DNA of 64,000 nucleotides from Branchiostoma floridae. Taxonomy: Eukaryota. The notes under the pieces were generated by a model. The model did not search any database, had not been told where the DNA came from, and was given only the letters and a program-made list of their open reading frames with translations. The stretch is from positions 3,066,707 to 3,130,706 of the forward strand of contig NC_136205.1 in the NCBI RefSeq assembly GCF_015852565.1, read 5' to 3'. Made by a program: the position numbers and the translations under genes. Position 1 is the stretch's first letter. Every line of letters begins with the position of its first letter. Positions 46,901 through 53,440 of this stretch are shown one piece after another.

Positions 46901-49900
46901 GGCAAGTGTGCAGAAACCTAAACCTTTTGAATCCAAGCCAGGTATCGTTCAACCTGCCAGATTTACTTATGAAGCAACACCAGATACTACCAAGGGTCTT
47001 TTTGGCAGAAAGGCTGAACCAGAGACTGCAGGGTTTGCTCTTGCCCAGTCTGTGGCCGCAGAAGAGCCAGCTCCTGCTTTTGGTTTTGGAGCTCCAGTTG
47101 CAAGCTTTGGTGCAGAAACTTATGGAACTCGTGGTGTAGACTTGGATGCACCCATACCGTATGGCAAAATCCCAGTTGGTGGAACGCCGTTTGGTGAAAC
47201 GCCAGTTAGTGGAAAGCCGTTTGGTGAATCTGCTGTAAAGTTTGGAGGTCCTCCTGGCACTGTAGCTGGCACAAAGACGCAAGAGACTGCATTTGGTCAG
47301 GGTTTTGGTTATGCTTCAAGTCGTGGTGTAGGCTTTGGTAAAGCAACATTTGGTGAAGCAACATATGGCACACCATTTGGTGGAACACCATTTGCTGCAA
47401 CCACAGGTCTTTTTGCCCACTCAACTGCACCAAAGGATCAGGAAGCTGTGTCATTTGGTTTTGCTCCCTCTACTGACCAGAGCACAAGGGGTGGTGGAGG
47501 ATCCGCAGGTGGTTTTAGCTTTGGTTGGACTGCATCATCAGATTTGGGACAGAGGGATCGAGACAGGAGCTCCCCCCTAATTGGTGACACAAAAAAAGGA
47601 TTCAAGTTTGGAGCCTCACTTGAAGAGAAAGAAGAAACAGCAAGCTTTAGCTTTGGTGGATCCAGCCAGAAAGTGGTTCCTCAAGCAGGTTTTGGAGCTG
47701 ATCAACAGATGCAGCAGCAACAACAGCAACAACAACAACAGGCTCAGATGAATGTCTCTGATACTGCTCCTCAGAGGAAGATGCGAAGCAGGCTTCATGG
47801 CGCTATAGCTACCTTAAGTGAATCCAGTCAAGCAGAAATGGTTCCTGAAGCAGGTTTTATCTCCAATCAACGGATGCAGCAGCAACAGGCTCAGATGGAT
47901 GTTCTTCTTACTGCTCCTCCGAGGACAGGTGGTGGAAGGGTTCATGGCGCTTTAACTAGATTAGACGAATCCAGTCAAGCAAAAGTGGTTCCTCAAGCAC
48001 GTGTTGGCTCTCGAGCTCCTCAAAAAGCGAGGAAGACAACTGGCGGCAAGGCTGTTAGAGTTTCTTCAGGATTCAAGGACAGCTTGGACATCGTAGACAA
48101 GAGTTCACGCGACACTGGTGACTCTTGGAGAGCTGTCAAACGGACCGAGACCCCCATGGCTGGTTATTTTGACATGAGGGCCATGTCCCCTGCCTCAACA
48201 AATTCTGCACAGTCAGTTGCTTTTCAACAGCTGTCAGCATCTGCTGCCTTTCTACAGGCACCCCCTCCTGCGCCACCCCCTTGTTCAACAGGCCCCCCTC
48301 CTCTTCCACCCCGCTGCCCAGCAGGACCCCCTCCTCCAGCTGGTGCCCCTCCCCCACCACCACCACCCCCTAAGGGCATTCAGCTTCTTAAACCAAGAGC
48401 AAGTTTAAAGTCCAAAGCAGTAATGGCAGCACCCATGCGTGCACTATCCATGCCCTCGAAAGAATATGCCCCATTGCCCCCTCCTCCTCCAAGTTCAGTC
48501 GAACAGGCACCAGAGCTACCAGCATGGGATAGAGAAGAAGAACTGCAAATGGGGATTGTTGAAGAAAGCCGTGCAATTGCTTCGTATGAACAGATGGAAG
48601 AGTTAAAACCATTGTCAAGAAGTTTGGAATTGAGACAAAAGAAGAAAAAGAAACAGTTCGAAATCCAGGCAAGGTTGGAGGAAGAAAAGGTATCATTGGA
48701 CAAAGTCATGTACATGGATGAAAGCGTTCAAGAAGGAGAGGAAATGTACAGGTAAGAGTGAAGTCAACAAAGTACAGTCTCTACCTAATTAGATGAATGT
48801 GAAATTTTCCACAAATCGGGGGAATATTTTATCTGAGAGCTTGCAATTGCCTGGTTAATGTAGTACAGGCTTGTCCGCTGAAGATTGTAACTTGTAACTG
48901 TAGCCCTTTGGCCAATTTCTACTGATTTTTCACATAAACCACAGTCTCATAGGGACTAAATGAAATGTTTGATTTATGTAATTGTGGCAAACATGTTGCC
49001 TACCTGAGCTTTTCAAAGGAAAAATGTAAAGTTTCAATAAAGTTAACGTAAATTACTTTCAAGGACCAATTTAGGGACTATTCTTGACAATTGAACTACA
49101 TGTAAATCCAAGGTTACACAAAGCTTACCATAAAAGTGTACAACTTGTGATAACAGTCATTATTTTCCACATAAAGCAGTGTTCAAGTTTGTGGGCACGG
49201 GTCAATGGTATGCAAATGTATTGTGTCGTCTTAACTTTATTCTTTAAAGTAGGGGTTCTTTGCATTGAGCAATTTCATGATATTCATACAATGCCACATC
49301 GTTGTAAACACCACAGAAGACAGTATCTCTTTTGTTTAGTATTTTTGTTTGATGTCAGCCTGTTGTTACATGATTGTGTATAATTATGCCTTTGTCATCT
49401 TGTTCATGACTTTTGTAACATGTATTACAAACTTTATTTCAGGACCAGTTTGAGGGGGTTTTACGGTCCAAGAAGAGGTCCCGGTGCATATCACTCTGCC
49501 AGCTTTCATCTAACCTCAGGTAGGTTAATCAATTCATGTGCAAAGTAAGGCTAATATCAGTAGTCTAAGACTAGATGGAGAGCTTTTTTATATAGTCATC
49601 CAAAGATCTAAACTTCATTGAAATATCATGATAGGACCGTTGATCATTGAAATAGCATTGAAAGATGTTGTAGGTCACTAAAATATCATTAGTAAGACCA
49701 TACTTCAAATGGGGGCATGGGTTCGTATCCCACTTCTGACACCATATTGGCTTAGAGATTATCTCAGTCGTAGACTTAAAATGCTCAACATTTCTTGTCC
49801 CAAAGAACTAATTGCCAAGGTACAATGGACCTGTAAATACTGTACACAGTGTCCATCTTACCTGTCATGACCAGTGCAGATGTTAGTAATGACTGACTAA

Positions 49901-52452
49901 GAAAAAAGAAATTGCACAAATGTCTAATCTGAAAAATGATGCTCACAAGTAATCATGTTTTTTTTCAACCCTCTGCAGGTTCCTTTAGTGGAAGAGAAAT
50001 TGATGTAGTACCTGTCGTGACCACAAGGGGGAGGGTCATCACAGAGACAACTGTTGACCAAATCTTTGCACTGCTAAAGGTATCATTTGTAATTATTGGT
50101 TCAAATATAAAGTATAGTAGCTCTAGTTTTAGAGTGATGAATTACTGTAACATTAACACTGAATTTATTCTTTTTTGAGTGGGAGATTAGAATTGGTCTT
50201 GCACCCATCCATAATTTGACTGTTTTTTTGACAGTTTACTGCGTACTCGGATGCCAAAATGTTCTTTTATTCTTTATTGCAGGCGCTAATAGGCCCATAG
50301 TAAAAGCCTACTGTATAAGACACACAACATAACATAGATATTAAAACAACAATGCCACTCTATGTGTACAAGCGCCTCCTGATGTTTTTGAAATATTATT
50401 GTGTTATGGTAGAAAGAATCCAACTAGATGGAATGGGAAGAGTGGAAAAGCGGAATATACAAAAGAACGTTTGCGTCATGATAGAGTAATATTAGCATAG
50501 ATAATACCATAGTTTACTCATATAGCTAAAACCCAAGGATAAAACAATCAAATTTAATTATATTGCCCCCCTCCCCAGCACACTGACCAGGGGCTCTCCT
50601 ACTGGGAGTTCAGTCCAGAGTTAGACGAGTTGCTTGGGATTTCCAGTCAGCAGTGCATCCAGATATTTAACACTGCAGGACTCAAATCTCTGGGTAAGAT
50701 CTCATTCATGATCATGGTCATAAGGATATGTGTCCATACATGTAGTCAGGTCAGATGACAACTGTTTCCCTCCTGTCAACAGTCTTTCAGCCTGCAAAAA
50801 GAATCTTCACATCTATTTCCTTGCATGATACTAAGTAATTTTCGCAAACCCATCAACTTAGTTCATTGCCTAGAAGTGGTCAAATGGTCTTGCTTTGATC
50901 AAGCCATATTGCATTAACAAAAGGTAAAGAAATGAAATAAGGAATGAATGAAGACCTTTATTCTACATTTTTGCCCAACTGAACTAAGCACAGGTCACAA
51001 GAAAGACAAAACACACAATGTTATGCAAAAGTACAATATTATTTGTATCATAGATCTAATCTAGTGAAGAAGTTTGGCTTCTTCTCCCTTCCTGGTAATG
51101 GTAAAAATGTAGGCTTGTATGTTGTTAGGTTTGTCAAAATGCAACTCATATCTATTAAGTGAATCTACTTCCTATTTCTATCATTAACATAGTGCATAGT
51201 CCAATCAACAACGAAGTGAACTTCATCTTCATTTATCTTCATCTCCAGGTGTGAATGTTGCCAGGCAGATACTGCAGCTGGTGGCCACCTTTGAACAAGC
51301 TCGTACAAAAAACATTGAAAAATACCTTTAAGTTAGCACTGAGTGGGACATAATTTTTTATTTTTATTTTGATCTCCAGGTGCGAATGTTGCCAGGCAGC
51401 TGCTGCAGCTGGTGGCCACCTTGCTGGTTGTGCAGCTGCTGATGCTGCACCTGCCGCAGCTGTTCCCCAGCTGCAGGAGCCTGCTGCACCTGGATGTGGC
51501 GCAGGTGCCGGCCAAGTGGTGCAGTGCATTGCAGCAGGTGCTCACATGGGCCAAGGTAGGATTTTGTACTACAAAACTACCAAAACTAGACTGAGTTTGT
51601 ACTACAAAAACTTAATTTGTATACACTTGTTGCAAGAAGAGGAAAGAGACATGTAAATGATAGATGTAATAATAGTGGCGCAGGCGTCAGCCACTTGGTG
51701 CAGCACACTGCAACAGGTGCTCACATCGGCCAAGGTAGGAGTTACCTACTGATAATATGAGGGGCAATCAATAAGTTTACACAGAAAAAAGGTGCACAAC
51801 TCAAATTTTGGAGCATTATAAACTATATGAATGTGCACCAAAATTCAATGGGCCAAGGTAGGAGTTGGCTACTTAGTATGAGGGGTGATCAATAAATTCT
51901 TGGACTCATGAATAAAGGTGCTTAACTCAGATTTTGGATCTGATGTAAAGTATAAAGTATTATATGAATTTGTACCATAATTCAAATCATTGTGATCATT
52001 ATTGTACAGGCAACACCCAGTAATGGTAGGTAAGAGAGAAGAAAAAACATGGACAATTGAGCTGCAAGCTGAGGTGTGCATGTCAACTTGTTCTGCTAAA
52101 TGTCGGATACTAATAAAAGAATTAGGCACTGAAGAGGACGAATTTGAAAGAGAAATCAAGAAGCTTAAGATCACACCAATGTTCACTCATCAGGTATAAG
52201 CTTTGTTGTACTGTTGACCAATCGCTTACGTGACATGAATTATGAGGAAGACTGCAGTTGAAATTTCTATGTACTATTTTCTTGTGGTGGAACAAAATTT
52301 TAATTCTGTTATCATATAAATCTATTCGTTTATTAATTTTTCTATTTTCACAGAGTGTTGACACGATGCACCCATCAGTGTACTCCCGTTTGGAGCTTGG
52401 GAAGAGTTGGGAGGACCTGACCACAAAGCTGATCGGTGTCAGCAATGCATAG
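21542..52452 (+). CDS. PARP4: Gene model (39 coding exons): vault poly(ADP-ribose) polymerase (PARP4/VPARP) homologue. Domains: BRCT, PARP regulatory and catalytic, VIT, vWA, long disordered mosaic linker, C-terminal vault-interaction region.
   Basis: Colinear by-eye similarity to human PARP4 across all globular parts. Examples: [119 protein letters not shown]. All exon phases are consistent. ATG at 21542, TAG at 52450-52452. Confidence 0.9.
22171..22366 (+). CDS. PARP4: PARP4 exon 2 (BRCT, C-terminal part)
   Basis: [65 protein letters not shown]. ttctag/gtaatt. Confidence 0.85.
22636..23133. mobile_element. Foldback element with about 230-bp arms and a central G36 homopolymer (PARP4 intron 2)
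   Basis: Left arm cattatagagaattgctaaactttcattccaacac... The right arm is its reverse complement, ending at 23133. G-run at 22904-22939. Confidence 0.8.
23247..23545 (+). mobile_element. 5'-truncated copy of the SINE-like element seen at 11360-11900
   Basis: gggcatgttcgggcatga...ggaagtcctcctag...gcatctgctgg..cacacgttgcatacagttg is colinear with 11567-11815. Confidence 0.7.
23715..23775 (+). CDS. PARP4: PARP4 exon 3
   Basis: (A)[19 protein letters not shown]. ttccag/gtaagg. Phase 1 to 2. Confidence 0.7.
23978..24101 (+). CDS. PARP4: PARP4 exon 4
   Basis: [41 protein letters not shown]. Compare human QDFEVAKYNTLEK. cttaag/gtgagt. Confidence 0.75.
24484..24615 (+). CDS. PARP4: PARP4 exon 5
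   Basis: [44 protein letters not shown]. taacag/gtgaga. Confidence 0.75.
24762..25111. mobile_element. MITE with cagggctcgaaat termini (intron 5)
   Basis: 13-bp perfect TIR. The interior holds many gggtgcac repeats. Confidence 0.65.
25290..25454 (+). CDS. PARP4: PARP4 exon 6
   Basis: [55 protein letters not shown]. taccag/gtaagt. Confidence 0.75.
25835..26005 (+). mobile_element. Interspersed repeat family B copy (intron 6)
   Basis: Colinear with 8363-8535. Confidence 0.7.
26092..26229 (+). CDS. PARP4: PARP4 exon 7
   Basis: [46 protein letters not shown]. Compare human VSDLVEMIWAEALGHLEHML. ctgtag/gttcgt. Confidence 0.8.
26893..27069 (+). CDS. PARP4: PARP4 exon 8 (PARP regulatory/helical domain)
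   Basis: [59 protein letters not shown]. Compare human AEGILLLVKAALKNGETAEQLQKMMTEFYRLIPHK...KKADLCQ. Confidence 0.85.
27073..27426. mobile_element. hAT-type MITE (family D), copy 2, inserted 3 nt into intron 8
   Basis: 16-bp perfect TIR cagggctctagccagc / gctggctagagccctg. 8-bp TSD gtcaggta at 27065-27072 and 27427-27434. Confidence 0.85.
28013..28176 (+). CDS. PARP4: PARP4 exon 9 (regulatory to catalytic junction)
   Basis: [54 protein letters not shown]. Compare human LIRDMVNVCETNLSKPNPPSLAKYRALRCKIEHV. Confidence 0.85.
28199..28382. repeat. (GAGT)n microsatellite, intron 9
   Basis: gagtgagtgagt... for about 180 bp. Confidence 0.95.
28694..28885. mobile_element. Foldback MITE, intron 9
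   Basis: ccccctcacattag...gagtctgcgagctctaaattacgaggaggcatgaccctga, with its reverse complement forming the second arm. Confidence 0.7.
29065..29173 (+). CDS. PARP4: PARP4 exon 10 (catalytic; His of the H-Y-E triad)
   Basis: [36 protein letters not shown]. Compare human VLQIFRVGRVNETTEFLSKLGNVRPLLHGSPVQ. Confidence 0.85.
29363..29391 (+). CDS. PARP4: PARP4 exon 11 (29-nt microexon)
   Basis: AQNFVGILS. Compare human NIVGILC. tttacag/gtaggc. Needed for frame continuity. Confidence 0.75.
29827..29922 (+). CDS. PARP4: PARP4 exon 12 (catalytic; Tyr of H-Y-E)
   Basis: [32 protein letters not shown]. Compare human [31 protein letters not shown]. Confidence 0.9.
30280..30605 (+). repeat. Two extra tandem copies (152-bp period) of the acceptor and 5' half of PARP4 exon 13 (pseudo-exons)
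   Basis: Copies start at 30302 and 30454; the real exon starts at 30606. Both extra copies diverge after GATGTGTA into TCAACACGGCATCGATTCCTAA, which gives an in-frame stop. Confidence 0.85.
30606..30789 (+). CDS. PARP4: PARP4 exon 13 (catalytic)
   Basis: [62 protein letters not shown]. Compare human LSTSIKYSHPGETDGTRLLLICDVALGKCMDLHEKDFSLTEAPPGYDSVHGV. Confidence 0.9.
31017..32610 (+). mobile_element. 5'-truncated non-LTR (LINE) retrotransposon: reverse-transcriptase C-terminal part plus 3'UTR, in PARP4 intron 13, same orientation as the gene
   Basis: ORF 31113..32291, open upstream to 31017. RT motifs: [44 protein letters not shown] (YxDD). (CAAA)n tail at about 32595-32610. Confidence 0.85.
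32794..32837 (+). CDS. PARP4: PARP4 exon 14 (catalytic Glu of H-Y-E)
   Basis: [14 protein letters not shown]. Compare human DDEFVVYKTNQVKM. ttacag/gtatgt. Confidence 0.85.
33018..33185. mobile_element. MITE family C, intact copy (intron 14)
   Basis: Termini acagtagaagcca ... tggcttctactgt. Colinear with the split copy at 18330-18488 and 19697-19712. Confidence 0.75.
33803..33921 (+). CDS. PARP4: PARP4 exon 15
   Basis: [40 protein letters not shown]. Compare human KYIIKFSMPGDQIKDF. Confidence 0.85.
34405..34541 (+). CDS. PARP4: PARP4 exon 16 (VIT domain start)
   Basis: [46 protein letters not shown]. Compare human AGLQDASGNLVPLEDVHIKGRIIDTVAQ. Confidence 0.85.
34998..35216 (+). CDS. PARP4: PARP4 exon 17 (VIT)
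   Basis: [73 protein letters not shown]. Near-identical blocks to human PARP4. Confidence 0.95.
35666..35800 (+). CDS. PARP4: PARP4 exon 18 (VIT)
   Basis: [45 protein letters not shown]. Compare human [26 protein letters not shown]...ATVAPWQ. Confidence 0.95.
36278..36427 (+). CDS. PARP4: PARP4 exon 19
   Basis: [50 protein letters not shown]. Compare human QSFSLTMSIEMPYVIEFIFSDTHELKQK. Confidence 0.85.
36873..37007 (+). CDS. PARP4: PARP4 exon 20
   Basis: [45 protein letters not shown]. Compare human RTDCKAVISTMEGSSLDSSGFSLHIGLSAAYLPRMWVEKHPEKESE. Confidence 0.9.
37697..37883 (+). CDS. PARP4: PARP4 exon 21 (vWA domain with MIDAS DxSxS)
   Basis: [62 protein letters not shown]. Compare human ACMLVFQPDL...VIICLDCSSSMEG...VNIIQFGT. 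Confidence 0.9.
37925..38090. repeat. About 60-bp minisatellite with a ggtgctgattggct core (CCAAT-box-containing), intron 21 block
   Basis: Three units. Same family as 38480-39175. Confidence 0.8.
38291..38364 (+). CDS. PARP4: PARP4 exon 22 (vWA)
   Basis: [25 protein letters not shown]. Compare human GYKELFSYPKHITSNTMAAEFIMS. Confidence 0.85.
38480..39175. repeat. About 60-65-bp minisatellite (about 11 units) with a ccttggtgctgattggct core, intron 22
   Basis: Repeated tcatttcaaatgattctatttcatct(t/c)tccttggtgctgattggctatcacat units. At least ten intact ATTGG (reverse CCAAT) across both blocks. Confidence 0.85.
39355..39542 (+). CDS. PARP4: PARP4 exon 23 (vWA)
   Basis: [63 protein letters not shown]. 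Compare human MGNTDFWKTLRYLSLLYPARGSRNILLVSDGHLQDE...RLFACGIG. Confidence 0.9.
40163..40262 (+). CDS. PARP4: PARP4 exon 24 (vWA end)
   Basis: [33 protein letters not shown]. Compare human STANRHVLRILSQCGAGVFEYFNAKSKHSWRKQ. Confidence 0.9.
40505..40572. repeat. (CA)n microsatellite, intron 24
   Basis: acacacacac run. Confidence 0.9.
40843..40922. repeat. (CA)n microsatellite, intron 24
   Basis: cacacacaca run. Confidence 0.9.
41040..41210 (+). CDS. PARP4: PARP4 exon 25
   Basis: [57 protein letters not shown]. Compare human SVSVKWQQLNPDVPEALQAPAQVPSLFLNDRLLVYGFIPHCTQ. Confidence 0.9.
41405..41535 (-). mobile_element. Interspersed repeat family B copy, reverse orientation (intron 25)
   Basis: The reverse complement matches gacacccaggtaa...caactgga...cggacatttcaag of the 8363-8535 type. 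Confidence 0.55.
41601..41810. mobile_element. MITE family A, full copy, 20 bp upstream of the PARP4 exon 26 acceptor
   Basis: tactgtaaatgtatttaagttcgcgg ... cacgaacatttctgcatttacagta. Confidence 0.8.
41830..41910 (+). CDS. PARP4: PARP4 exon 26
   Basis: [27 protein letters not shown]. Compare human [27 protein letters not shown]. Confidence 0.9.
42408..42488 (+). CDS. PARP4: PARP4 exon 27
   Basis: [27 protein letters not shown]. Compare human MIHKLAARALIRDYEDGILHENETSHE. Confidence 0.9.
42953..43054 (+). CDS. PARP4: PARP4 exon 28
   Basis: [34 protein letters not shown]. Compare human [34 protein letters not shown]. Confidence 0.9.
43530..43658 (+). CDS. PARP4: PARP4 exon 29
   Basis: [43 protein letters not shown]. 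Compare human VSELIAKEDVDFLPYMSWQGEPQE. 129 nt, phase 0-0. Confidence 0.85.
43786..44130 (+). CDS. PARP4: PARP4 exon 30 (candidate cassette): in-frame exon encoding the C-terminal half of a 14-3-3 protein
   Basis: [115 protein letters not shown]. Compare 14-3-3 zeta [71 protein letters not shown]. tttctag/gtcctt. 345 nt, phase 0-0. Confidence 0.65.
44185..44575. repeat. 63-bp minisatellite (about 6 units) immediately 3' of the 14-3-3-like exon
   Basis: Unit gttaagcccttgtcttacatacctgaccatggcctcccaaccttctccagaccatggtcaggag. Unit starts at 44308, 44371 and 44434. Confidence 0.9.
44836..44875 (+). CDS. PARP4: PARP4 exon 31 (40 nt; acidic, Tyr-rich)
   Basis: [13 protein letters not shown]. caacag/gtaaga. 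Shifts the phase from 0 to 1, as required to enter exon 34. Confidence 0.6.
45029..45169 (+). CDS. PARP4: PARP4 exon 32 (acidic linker)
   Basis: [47 protein letters not shown]. ttctag/gtaaga. Phase 1-1. Confidence 0.6.
46038..46133 (+). CDS. PARP4: PARP4 exon 33 (acidic linker with a ribosomal P-stalk-tail-like motif)
   Basis: [32 protein letters not shown]. ttcacag/gtagga. Phase 1-1. Confidence 0.6.
46399..48751 (+). CDS. PARP4: PARP4 exon 34: 2.35-kb exon encoding a low-complexity/disordered region (RS run, CTD-like heptads, FG repeats, polyQ, H3-tail-like peptide, polyPro)
   Basis: Part of track ORF 46374..48755. Acceptor ttcaacag at 46391-46398, donor ACAG|gtaaga at 48751/48752. Phase 1 in and phase 2 out, matching the neighbouring exons. 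Confidence 0.8.
49443..49519 (+). CDS. PARP4: PARP4 exon 35
   Basis: (R)[25 protein letters not shown]. tttcag/gtaggt. Phase 2 to 1. Confidence 0.65.
49979..50079 (+). CDS. PARP4: PARP4 exon 36
   Basis: [34 protein letters not shown]. ctgcag/gtatca. Phase 1 to 0. Confidence 0.7.
50579..50693 (+). CDS. PARP4: PARP4 exon 37 (C-terminal vault-interaction region)
   Basis: [38 protein letters not shown]. Compare human QTEDGFWKLTPELGLILNLNTNGLHSFLKQKGIQSLG. Confidence 0.85.
51380..51555 (+). CDS. PARP4: PARP4 exon 38 (C-terminal region)
   Basis: [59 protein letters not shown]. Compare human VKGRECLLDLIATMLVLQFIR...ISRNIPWAFEAIKQASEWVRR. Confidence 0.8.
52354..52452 (+). CDS. PARP4: PARP4 exon 39 (terminal, with stop)
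   Basis: [32 protein letters not shown]. Compare human QYPSICPRLELGNDWDSATKQLLGLQ. ttttcacag acceptor, phase 0. Confidence 0.85.
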   Translation, partial: SVDTMHPSVYSRLELGKSWEDLTTKLIGVSNA

Positions 52453-53086
52453 TAGTCACATGGCTGATTTCAGTAACAAAACAGTAGAGGGTAAAAGTTG
52501 TCTATTTTTGGAGTAGCATGTCAATAAGTACCAGTAGCATTTCATATTTCTTTCAAGATTGTATTATAAATCTTGAGACGTTTTAAAATTCTAAGAAACA
52601 TACTTTTATACTCAAAGAATCTTGAGACTAAATATAAAGATGATCTTGGAAAATCTCAAGACTGATGCAAAACATTTCAAGATTTACCACAAAATCTCAA
52701 GATATTTGGAATAAACCCCAAGATTTTTCGATTTTCAACTAGGTATGAAGACCAATATAATCTGTTGAGTACCATATGTTTTTCACAAACTATCAGCTAT
52801 CTAAGTTTAAGCTGTAAGAGGCTAGAAGTATTTGTATAAAGTGCTCTGCTTAGTCCAATAATAGTCTTCTAAGTTTTCAGTAATGTTAAGACAGCTACAT
52901 GTATATTCTGACAGTAAGAGATCAGTAACAGGTACTCATAGGAAAACTTAAGTTTAACTGTTCTTTTATCAATGATTAAGTTACATTGTCTTTGTTCTGC
53001 GTAAATATGATGATATCAATAATTGTAATTTTCATTTGTACTAAATTGAATATAGCATTGGTGTGTTAAGCATGTACGAAAGAAAA

Positions 53087-53092
53087 AATAAA
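53087..53092 (+). terminator. PARP4: Candidate polyadenylation signal AATAAA for PARP4
   Basis: AATAAA about 640 nt after the stop. Position only. Confidence 0.25.
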
Positions 53093-53269
53093 GTTGTCTT
53101 ACACCTTTATGTTTTATGTCATTTAGTACTTTTTTTTTAGATATCCATGTCTAGATGCCTCCCTCTACATCTACCAATAATGCATATCTATTGACCCCCT
53201 CATTGTGTACACTTCCATTCCCTTCCGTTTTTTACGCACACACTCCCACTGACAAACACACACATTTAC

Positions 53270-53440
53270 ATAGGTGAGCGTCCACACACACACGCACACA
53301 CACACACATAAATATACACACGCACACAAACGCAATTGCAACAAGAGTTCGTAGACCTCAGGCCTGCATGAAATGTAATTGGTGTATGTTGAGATGTTGT
53401 GTATTTGTGTGTGTGTGTGGGTGGGGGGGGGGGGGCTGTG
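53270..53440. repeat. (CA)n/(GT)n and poly-G microsatellite cluster
   Basis: cacacacgcacacacacacac ... gtgtgtgtgtgtgggtggggggggggg. Confidence 0.85.

Noticed and set aside
51239-51656. Ala/Cys-rich ORFs on both strands over exon 38 (51239..51529, 51333..51554, 51369..51656)
   Set aside because: These are off-frame or antisense readings of the GC-rich (CTGCAG/GCAGC) exon 38. Only the frame giving ..[27 protein letters not shown] aligns with PARP4.
52002-52199. 65-aa ORF between PARP4 exons 38 and 39, considered as an extra exon
   Set aside because: Candidate splice sites give phases incompatible with exon 39. Direct 51555>52354 splicing reproduces the spacing seen in human PARP4 (..EWVRR-TEG-QYPSICPRLELG..).
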